Assembly (NCBI GenBank): GCA_963736855.1
Contig: CAVTQK010000021.1
Location: forward strand, 640,001-704,000
From: an uncultured delta proteobacterium
GTDB lineage: Bacteria > Desulfobacterota > Desulfobacteria > Desulfobacterales > UBA2156
Reading direction: 5' to 3'
DNA length: 64,000 nt
The notes under the pieces were generated by a model. It did not search any database. It was given only the letters and a program-made list of their open reading frames with translations, and had not been told where the DNA came from. This document shows positions 54,901 through 61,847 of the stretch, piece after piece (positions within the stretch are counted from its first letter, which is position 1; every line of letters begins with the position of its first letter). Position numbers and translations under genes: made by a program.

Positions 54901-56300
54901 CGGGCCTCATGGACGTCGATCTTTTCACGGGCATACCACTCTACACCATTGGCAAACGCAAATCCGCCCTGGTGAGAAAGGAGGGCGCAGAGGGCTGTCC
55001 GCATCTTTGCCCAAACTGTGGATCGGGAGGCCAACCGGTTATTATCGTGAGTTTCCGCATAATGGACCAGGATCCCATCGCTTTTTGAAATCTCGAATAC
55101 ACCGGGAAGATATCCCTCAATCTGATGTCGGTCGTAATTCTGGAAGAGTTCCGAATAAGCCCAATTGAAATTGGCCAAATTGAGCAGATCACGGGTGACC
55201 GATATTTTACCACCCAATCCTTCAAGGAAGAAAAGAGAATCGGGAAACTGCTCCCGCACTACCGCCACCAGATATCTCCAGGCCGTCACCGAGATCATAT
55301 ACCCGGCATCGCATCGGAATCCGTCCACACCCCGCTGGCACCAGGTCAAGAAGACCCCGCCCATGTATTCCCACAACCTCTTTTTGGAGTAATCCAGCTT
55401 GGTGAGATCTTCCCATTGCACACCCCAGGCGCCCGGTACCTCGATGAGGCCGTCTTCGGTGCGGCTCAGCCACTCCGGATGCGTATCATGAAGAATAGCC
55501 GCCCATCCGGTGTGATTGATGGCGATATCGAGGATCAGCTTAGCCCCCCGTGCATGGATGGCATCGACAAGTTCCATAAATTGTTCCGTGGGTGTGGCCT
55601 TTGGATCGAATTTGGCCAGAGACGGATCTACTGTAGTAAAGCTCAGTGCAGCATACGGGCTTCCGAATCGCCCCATCCGTCTATAGGTTGTGGGGGTCGG
55701 GTTAATGGGAAGCAGTTGAATAAACCGGCATCCCAGCTCGCCGATGATGAAGTCAAGATGGGAAATCAAATCCCTGAAAGTCCCTGAAGGTGGAATGACC
55801 GAAAATCCCGCACGGTCCAGCCTCTGAACATCGGCATCCGCTTCCGGACTGAAAAAACCGCCGCTGATATTAGGCCCGAACTGGCGCACAAAGGCGTTGT
55901 AAATCGTGTTGGCACAGACCGTGTCGGCCGGTTCCACATTAACGGAGAGGTTGTCTCCTGCCGGCCAGACAGGATCCAGGGTCGATGCGGGAAGGAAAAA
56001 CGCTTTGGCCTCGAAATGCCCCACTTCACAGATCGGGAGGGTGATTTTGAACCGACCGCCATCCAACGGCGTCATCGGAATATCGAACCAATCCTGGGCA
56101 AGAGGCGGCTCGTTGAAGTGCACCTCCCGGATGGTCTCCCTTCTCATTCTGTCGGCATGGCCGATGTTGGTTCGCAGGTATGCCTTTCCTTGCTCAGGTC
56201 TTGGAAGGGTTAAGAAAACCATCAGGGTATCCCCCCTGAATTTAACCATCCGCGTACCCGGTGTGGGATCCTGTTCAACAAAAATCGGTTCCGGATTCAC
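51990..56300 (-). CDS. Bifunctional glycogen debranching enzyme: GH13 domain plus C-terminal amylo-1,6-glucosidase
   Basis: GSPYA, DIAINH, GFRCDAG, FLEGLGG, ETHDN; C-terminal AGYPWFLDWGRD, FTWMD, LRPNQ, YHNG, QAW. Start set at GTG 56300 (GGAG RBS). Confidence 0.9.
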   Translation of the reverse strand: MNPEPIFVEQDPTPGTRMVKFRGDTLMVFLTLPRPEQGKAYLRTNIGHADRMRRETIREVHFNEPPLAQDWFDIPMTPLDGGRFKITLPICEVGHFEAKAFFLPASTLDPVWPAGDNLSVNVEPADTVCANTIYNAFVRQFGPNISGGFFSPEADADVQRLDRAGFSVIPPSGTFRDLISHLDFIIGELGCRFIQLLPINPTPTTYRRMGRFGSPYAALSFTTVDPSLAKFDPKATPTEQFMELVDAIHARGAKLILDIAINHTGWAAILHDTHPEWLSRTEDGLIEVPGAWGVQWEDLTKLDYSKKRLWEYMGGVFLTWCQRGVDGFRCDAGYMISVTAWRYLVAVVREQFPDSLFFLEGLGGKISVTRDLLNLANFNWAYSELFQNYDRHQIEGYLPGVFEISKSDGILVHYAETHDNNRLASRSTVWAKMRTALCALLSHQGGFAFANGVEWYAREKIDVHEARSLNWGGSPNQTAEIARLSCILRKHPAFFDDVRLRMIQGGQGNCLVICRFHPSTDKRLLIVANLDDHKSAYARWKRAEASMKGDTLLDLLTGKKVHIRVREEWAEFDLDPGQVLCFSDDFDDHTLIESERKENLLEPERIVFQRLRAKVLDVWHHFNGDVDLGDMNVDAAVAEFRKDPEEFCRSLNPQKTESRIIPWRWPQDLNREVMLPPGHFLLVWAPAHFRVLIKRGMRVVAVEDSLPGPGGGRFALFTPLPAPRHHMPYILHLSVYLPEGAKRMEAPLLYLSRPEAASLKIALRRKDLDFNTPPYFLTTNGCGGMLRAPVEWGKLTSRYDALLAANLNPKRPSDRWILWSRCRGWIVFQDYSQEISATCMDSFRLEDPFKGVWRFKVPTGLGKHVTVRIALSMLDGQNQTRMVIIREQSVEGGGGLSDDEPVTLILRPDIESRSCHDVIKAFMGPEHHWPQAVTPQAEGFLFQPDGHHVLSMKIFSGRYVHEPEWHYMVHRFQEAQRGQDPNSDLFSPGYFTAKLKGGQGVTLIGEAGPLKNKPDSGGENILRKNTEEKLSQDLKEKSLLGQMIRIMDHYIVERDQGKTVIAGYPWFLDWGRDSLIFSRGLIAAGMLDAARSILYQFGRFESQGTLPNMIGEQGPANRDTSDAPLWFAVACRDLMQAEKSSRFLKTVCGDRTVREILLSIAKAYIRGTPNGIRMDDETGLIFSPAHFTWMDTNYPAGTPRQGYPIEIQALWYAALAFLFQIAPSKEKKRFKDLARQVRTSVHRLFALQEKGYLSDCLHGKPGKGANHAEQDDALRPNQLFSITLGLVQDLKTAVGTLNACRELLVPGAIRSLADRTLERPLSVVYQGRLLNDPHRPYQGRYEGDEDTRRKPAYHNGTGWTWQFPSFCEAYAMVYQETGKAAAAAWLSSVMRLLNRGCVGHMPEIVDGDFPHAQRGCDAQAWGISEWVRVWVKLNEV

Positions 56301-56637
56301 ATTATCTCCCAATTCAAAGCGCTCTTTTCTCTTTGAAGGTGCTCCAAAAACATGCGTGAAAACCTTATCATCCACTCTCTTTGATATCAAGAGTCCGGAA
56401 TAATCTTCTGGAACCGATGCAAAACACAATACAAGAAAAACGCTTGTTCATTTTTTCCGTTTTGACAGAATTTCAAGATAAGGAGTTGGCGGCATTTGAC
56501 TCTAATAAATAATACGGGAAAGATTGATCAACGATGACAAACCGAAGAGAGTTTCTCAAGGAGATCCTTGCAAAGGGAGTGGTGATTCAGAAACGGGGGG
56601 CTTATGGATTTTCAATTTTCTAAAGGCAACTCTGCTT

Positions 56638-58095
56638 TCAAACTTGGTAACTTCTTTGTACCGCCCCCCATTTCTCTTGCGCGGTGGTGTTCTCACCCCA
56701 GGTATCAGCTCGTTCAGCAAAATTACTGACGACGCGAAAAGCTTCTTCACCGGTATTTACGATCGTGTAAATATAGAGGTCTTTTTCTGATATCGCACCC
56801 GCTTTTTCATATAACACTTTGTGATGATAATCATGGATCGGGTCCCAATACCGGTTGCGGATCAAAACGATCGGCATAGGATCGATCTTCTTAGTCTGGA
56901 TCAAAGTCAAGACTTCATAAAAAAGATCGAGTACTCCCGCACCGCCCGGGAAGTACACGATACCGTAATTCGTATGTTCGACAAGCGCAATCTTCTGAGA
57001 GAAGATATCGTGGAAATTGCAACAGGTATCCGTGTCAGTCTCGCATCCTTCATTATCTTTATAGTAATTGAACGCGAATAGCCTGGCCTCCGGGTGGTCG
57101 GCAAACCGCGCACCTCGGGCAATCGCCTCGGATATGGTATAATTATTACGATATAATAGAGAGATCCCCTTCTGCGCAAGTTTGAATGCCAGATCCTGAG
57201 CTTCGTTGTAGGAATGAGCGTCTTTTCTGATGTGCTGGCCGCCGATGATGCTGATCGTCCGCTCGATATTCGTTCGATTAATCAGAACTGCCGCGGTATA
57301 GAGTTCTCCGATCGCTCTCTCCGCCCAACTATCTTTGATCTTTTTCAATAGGTACTGCAAATGTGCCTTGGTATCTATTTGTTTCTCCATGACTTTAAAA
57401 TAGCGTAATACTTGTTCCGGAGTGTTAAGCAAAACAAAGTTTTTGCCTATAGGCTTACGGATAAGCGGAATCTGATCGTGGTGCGCGATGGACTCTTGAC
57501 GCAGCTTTTCCAGATACCACAACCAGAACGAATAAAACTCTCTATCCAATAATATGATTGGTGCGGTATCTTTCTCTTCTTTGTCTTTTAAAATGAGCCG
57601 CTCAAAAAACTCAGCCATAGTCCCGTATCCGCCGGGTGCGGCAATGAAGGCGTTGCTGAAATAACGGAAAGTCATTTCTCGCGAAAAGAAATAATCAAAC
57701 ATAAACGTCTGGGTCGCAAAGGGATTCACTTTCTGTTCTTTAGGCAGTTCGATCCCCAAAGCGATCGATTCCGCTCCGCTTGCTCTTCCTCCTCTATTTC
57801 CAGCCTCCATAATACCCGGGCCACCGCCGGTGATGATTATCGCTCCCAGTTCTTTCGCTAAATAGAGTGCGGCTTTATATGCTTTTTCGTACATCTGCAT
57901 ACCGAAAACGACTTTGGGATCTTTTATATCCGCAGCCGGGTCGTCGAAAGCTTTAAACCGAGCTGATCCATAGATCGCAATTCGCAACGCCACAGTCGGA
58001 TTTTGCCGTAAGTATTCATAAAACAGCATCAACTCTTCCAGAGCTTTTTCCAGATTAAGGAATCGATAGCGCTTAAGAGCATTATTATTCTGCAT
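56638..58095 (-). CDS. Protein with two tandem LOG (nucleotide phosphoribohydrolase) domains
   Basis: Domain 1: IYGSAR, TGGGPGIMEA, FFSR, PGGYGTMAE. Domain 2 is degenerate: IIGG, FSQK, PGGAGVLDL, LTLIQTKK. Confidence 0.85.
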   Translation of the reverse strand: MQNNNALKRYRFLNLEKALEELMLFYEYLRQNPTVALRIAIYGSARFKAFDDPAADIKDPKVVFGMQMYEKAYKAALYLAKELGAIIITGGGPGIMEAGNRGGRASGAESIALGIELPKEQKVNPFATQTFMFDYFFSREMTFRYFSNAFIAAPGGYGTMAEFFERLILKDKEEKDTAPIILLDREFYSFWLWYLEKLRQESIAHHDQIPLIRKPIGKNFVLLNTPEQVLRYFKVMEKQIDTKAHLQYLLKKIKDSWAERAIGELYTAAVLINRTNIERTISIIGGQHIRKDAHSYNEAQDLAFKLAQKGISLLYRNNYTISEAIARGARFADHPEARLFAFNYYKDNEGCETDTDTCCNFHDIFSQKIALVEHTNYGIVYFPGGAGVLDLFYEVLTLIQTKKIDPMPIVLIRNRYWDPIHDYHHKVLYEKAGAISEKDLYIYTIVNTGEEAFRVVSNFAERADTWGENTTAQEKWGAVQRSYQV

Positions 58096-58286
58096 CGGCG
58101 AGAAATTGGATAAGAGGTTGGGGATTTTCGAATGGATTTTTTACAATCATGAATTGTGTTTCACAATAATCTGCACACCAAAATATGGAAACGCACAATG
58201 GTTATGACTTATGTATTTTCGATTATCCGAAGGCGAATTCACTGTCAATTAGAATTGTGTCGTCAAGATATCGGCGGTGGACCCCT

Positions 58287-58414
58287 CTTTAGATAGTTGA
58301 AAATTCACAAGCTACAACAACTGCAGGTTCCTATATCTTGGGGTGCAGATGATGGCAAAACACAATTTATATTTGCATTTAACACAACCGTAAAAAAGCG
58401 ACTTTCTGCTATCA
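58287..58414 (+). repeat. Copy A of IS91-like 3' terminal repeat (partial)
   Basis: ATATCTTGGGGTGCAGA..AAACACAATT..AAAAAAGCGACTT..TATCA aligns with copies B and C. Confidence 0.7.
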
Positions 58415-58801
58415 GTCCATAGTGTGCCACCATTTCATGCAAAATATATTGTTCGGCTTATACGGATGCGTCCCCTCAATCACTTCAACCCCTGCTTTTG
58501 CCTTTATCTTCTTTATTATCGTCTCGCTATAGGGGCAATGATCGACAATGCATGGGCCGATGTGAACCTTAGTCACCTTTTCATTCATCGGTTTGTTCCA
58601 GAGATTAATCTGAGCAAGCCGAGTGACAATGGTTGCTCCGGGGCAGTCTCCGCAATTCAAAAGCCCTATCATCTGTGCATCCGAATCCTTGTATCTGGCA
58701 AACTCTCCCTCTCTCCGATTAAACCCGACCATGCAGCGGCTGCAACCGATACAGACATCATCCATTGCTTTTTTACAGCCAACAATCAGAATTTTTTCCA
58801 T
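58412..58801 (-). CDS. CGGC-domain Fe-S/metal-binding protein
   Basis: IVGC, CIGCSRC, CGDCPG, HIGPC, CP, GTH. One extra T near 58441 probably extends a true NIFA* end. Confidence 0.85.
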   Translation of the reverse strand: MEKILIVGCKKAMDDVCIGCSRCMVGFNRREGEFARYKDSDAQMIGLLNCGDCPGATIVTRLAQINLWNKPMNEKVTKVHIGPCIVDHCPYSETIIKKIKAKAGVEVIEGTHPYKPNNIFCMKWWHTMD

Positions 58802-58843
58802 CCTATTCCTCCTTGAAATTTACTTATGTTTATTCCTTGTTGG

Positions 58844-58878
58844 GCATGATCTGGCCATATGTGCATGATCTGGCCATA
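58844..58878. repeat. 16-bp perfect direct repeat in the CGGC leader
   Basis: GCATGATCTGGCCATA at 58844 and 58863. Confidence 0.8.
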
Positions 58879-58921
58879 ATTGTATTCGCGGTTGCTTTGA
58901 TAAATAACATCTCTGCATAGA

Positions 58922-58937
58922 TTCAATCCGTGTGCCG
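58922..58937 (-). promoter_or_regulatory. Possible sigma54 promoter for the CGGC gene
   Basis: Minus strand reads CGGCAC-ACGGA-TTGAA; correct spacing, variant -12 element. Confidence 0.4.
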
Positions 58938-59059
58938 TAAATGCCGGGAGTTTTGCTTTTTAACATATTCCCTTGCCTGTCTCCAATCCAAATTTTAGCT
59001 TTTTATAAACCTAAATGGAGCGATTCGGGTTTTTTATTGAGAAAACATGTCTCCCAATT

Positions 59060-59469
59060 GATCTGAAACGACTCCCCAGGCCAGTCGCCCGTGCCCCGTC
59101 TTTGATTGAATTTCCGACATATGACGATGCCTTCCCGCCTTCCATCGATGATTACGTCGCCTACCCAGTCTCCCCCATGGATGCTTTCTCTTAAAAAAAA
59201 CCGGTCGGCGCTGACTCGCCCTGCCTGTGCGATGCACCTGTCTGCGTCGCGAACGCGACAGGCAGGCACAGACAGGTGGCCTATGCCCAAATTGGCCAAA
59301 ATAACGGCCTCTTGCCGATAAAATTCCGATTGACAGCACGTCACCTTCGGATTATTGAAAAACCATACACCATGACAACTGTGGGTTTCCATATCTTGGA
59401 GTGCAGATTACGGTGAAACACAATTCATTCTCGCTCTTGAACCGTCCACAAAAAAACGGGTCCTTATCA
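59060..59469 (+). mobile_element. Copy B: IS91-like 3' end remnant
   Basis: Collinear with 60690..61042 (GATC.GAAACGAC, CATGGATGCTT, AAAAACCGGTCGGCGCTG, TTGACAGC, CCATATCTTGG, AAACACAATTCAT, ending TATCA). Confidence 0.75.
59220..59276. repeat. Nested palindromic mini-elements: a 30-nt element inside a 27-nt element
   Basis: CCTGCCTGTGCGATGCA[CCTGTCTGCGTCGCGAACGCGACAGGCAGG]CACAGACAGG; absent at the homologous site in copy C. Confidence 0.75.
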
Positions 59470-59674
59470 ATTTATCACATGAATCTTGCACGTTTTTTTT
59501 AAATTTCCTTGCAAGAAATTTTTTTGCACGGATAGATTGGTGATTCAGCGAAGCATACGGGACCGCGAGATAGAAAATATTCGGATTGAATTTCAATATT
59601 GACAACACGGGGTTAGGCGGACAGATTGAATTGAGGTCATCGTAAAATCAAACTTTTAAAAAAAGGAGATAAAC

Positions 59675-60085
59675 ATGATTCGAAAAGCAACGTATAAACT
59701 TCGCGTGACACGAAGGGAGGCGCTCTACGTGCACGATGAACCCGATCATTCTCTGATGCTTGTCGAAATGGAAGGTGAACCGCTGCATTACGAGGTGGGC
59801 ATCGCCGGAGAATTCGTCTCCCGGCGCAGCGTCAATTTCCATGACCGCATTAAAGGCACCGGGTCCATGCAGGGCTATGCGGTGACCAACTTCCAGTACG
59901 GTTCAGTGTTCAGCCGTTTTGAGGGGCATCGCGATGGTGAATCCAGGGTCACAACAGGTAAGTGGAAAACATACAAGGGCACCGGAAAGCTGGCAGCAAT
60001 CAAAGGCGAGGGGACATTCACGGTCATCCTGGGAAAGGCTTCAAATGAGTTCATACTCAACATGGAAGGAAACTACGAACTCTGA
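59675..60085 (+). CDS. Hypothetical all-beta protein (DUF3224/AOC-barrel-like)
   Basis: AAGGAG RBS; beta-strand pattern; KGTGKLAAIKGEGTF resembles the GTG..I.G.G motif of these barrels. Confidence 0.7.
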   Translation: MIRKATYKLRVTRREALYVHDEPDHSLMLVEMEGEPLHYEVGIAGEFVSRRSVNFHDRIKGTGSMQGYAVTNFQYGSVFSRFEGHRDGESRVTTGKWKTYKGTGKLAAIKGEGTFTVILGKASNEFILNMEGNYEL

Positions 60086-60089
60086 TCGA

Positions 60090-61042
60090 TCCGCGTGAAT
60101 AGGGATACATTTTTACCGCCCTTTCCGTAAAAGACGGCATTTTTGCCCTTCCTGTCATCAGAAGCGCGTGGTGGAATTCGTTGAATGGCAATGCGGCAAT
60201 ATCATCAAGCCGTGCCGCCTGTCTGCGTGCGGCGCACAGTCAGGCACCGGAATCTGGTGATGAGTATTCCGAAGATCCTCAGAGATATTTTTTCTATAAC
60301 CGGAAGCTGTTATCCGAGTTAAGCCGCTGCGGGTGGGAAAGTCTGAAGAGCTGTTTCAGTGTCGTTTCACGGGATTCGAAGGCGGTCCCCGGCTCTGCCA
60401 TCGCCATTCATTAACGCTCTGAAGCATCTTGCCGCCATGACCTACCATGTTCTGCAGTTACCTATCCTACGGCAGACGCAAAAAAGTCGGAACGGACGGG
60501 ATTGTCCCCTGCCTGCTCGAACAGGAAACGACCGATGTTCAGTTCCGGAAAAATTGGTCACGCCTGATTCAAAAAATATATGAGGTCGATCCCCTGGTCT
60601 GCCCTAAGTGCCGGGGAAAAATGCGGGTGGTTACATTCATCGAAGATCCGGACGTAATCAAAAAAATACTCAAACACTTGAACTTATGGGATCCGAAACG
60701 ACCGGAAAGGCTCGTCGACCATGCCTCGCCTCTGATTGAATCCCCAACATATGATGACCCCGTTACAGCCTTCCACAGACGGTTACCGTCGCCGACCCGG
60801 TTTATCTCATGGATGCTTACTCCTAAAAACCGGTCGGCGCTGCTCCGTTGGAATATACCCAAATCGGCCGAGATAATGACCTTTTGCCGATGAAAACCCG
60901 TTTGACAGCTCACCCGTCTTTTGTTAATTAAAAACACATCCGCCACGACACCTGTATGTTCCCATATCTTGGGGTACAGACAATGGTAAAACACAATTCA
61001 TCCTCACCATTGATCCGTCCGCAAAAAAGCGACTTCTAATCA
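60090..61042 (+). mobile_element. Internally deleted IS91-family (rolling-circle) transposase remnant with 3' end (copy C)
   Basis: Fragments RHFCPSCHQKRVVEF, VP..HRNLVMSIPKIL, RKLLSELSRCGWESLK, ALKHLAAMTYHV and NWSRLIQKIYEVDPLVCPKCRGKMRVVTFIEDPDVIKKILKHL. Stops and frameshifts present; no HUH or catalytic Tyr segment seen. Confidence 0.8.
60218..60244. repeat. 27-nt palindromic mini-element inserted in the transposase remnant
   Basis: CCTGTCTGCGTGCGGCGCACAGTCAGG splits GTG CCG | CAC CGG (VP|HR). Confidence 0.75.
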
Positions 61043-61091
61043 AAAATATTTTCGTGTGGTTCGTGTGTTTAGTGGTTGAAAGATTTGTGAT

Positions 61092-61772
61092 ATGAAAACA
61101 GACACCCCCATCGAAATCATCGCCGATGACCGGGAGCAGAAAAGCGATGTCATCCGGTTGTTATCTGAGATTGACAATGTCGATGTTCAGATAGGACGGC
61201 TTTCTATTGGCGATTATAAGATCGATAACCGGCTGATTGTGGAAAGAAAGACATTAAAAGACTTTGCCATATCCATTATCGATGGCAGGTTGTTCAAGCA
61301 ATCGATTCGCCTGACTAATTCCCATCTGAAAGGGGTAATGATACTTGAAGGTTCAGCCAAAGACACCGCTGATTTGGGCGTGACCAGAGAGGCCATGCAG
61401 GGCGCATTGATTACCATTTCAGTGTTATTGGGGATTCCGGTTTTACGGGCAATTGATGCCACCGAAACGGCAAAGCTCATGGTGTATATGGCGCAACAGA
61501 TTAAACGCATAGCCAATGACGGCATTCAACGGCAGGGATATCGACCCAAGAGCAAACGAAAGCGGCAGCTTTACATCTTGCAGGGATTGCCGGGAATTGG
61601 CTATGAAAGAGCCGTCCGACTTCTGGATGCCTTCGGCAGTGTGGAAGGGGTTGTTTCCGCAAGCAGTGAAGAATTACAGATTATAGATGGCATAGGCGAA
61701 AAGATTGCTGAAAAGATCAAATGGGCGGTTAGCGAACAGATTTTACCCTATGGTTTTATTGACAAAAACTAA
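61092..61772 (+). CDS. ERCC4/XPF-family nuclease with C-terminal helix-hairpin-helix motifs
   Basis: ADDRE, IGDY, VERKTLKD, DGRLFKQ, ILEG; LPGIG and IDGIG HhH motifs. Confidence 0.9.
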   Translation: MKTDTPIEIIADDREQKSDVIRLLSEIDNVDVQIGRLSIGDYKIDNRLIVERKTLKDFAISIIDGRLFKQSIRLTNSHLKGVMILEGSAKDTADLGVTREAMQGALITISVLLGIPVLRAIDATETAKLMVYMAQQIKRIANDGIQRQGYRPKSKRKRQLYILQGLPGIGYERAVRLLDAFGSVEGVVSASSEELQIIDGIGEKIAEKIKWAVSEQILPYGFIDKN

Positions 61773-61847
61773 TATATCGGCTCTGTAAGTGCTTTATGAG
61801 AATAAATACAGTGGTATTAAATTATTATCCGGGAGTCAAAAAAAGAT

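Noticed and set aside
59003..59608. ORFs 59003..59392, 59034..59339, 59106..59321 and 59408..59608
   Set aside because: They overlap the non-coding repeat and palindrome and have no protein-like features.
58287..61042. CRISPR array or integron attC array
   Set aside because: The repeats are long, diverged and irregularly spaced, tied to a transposase tail; no cas genes, integrase or attC core sites are visible.
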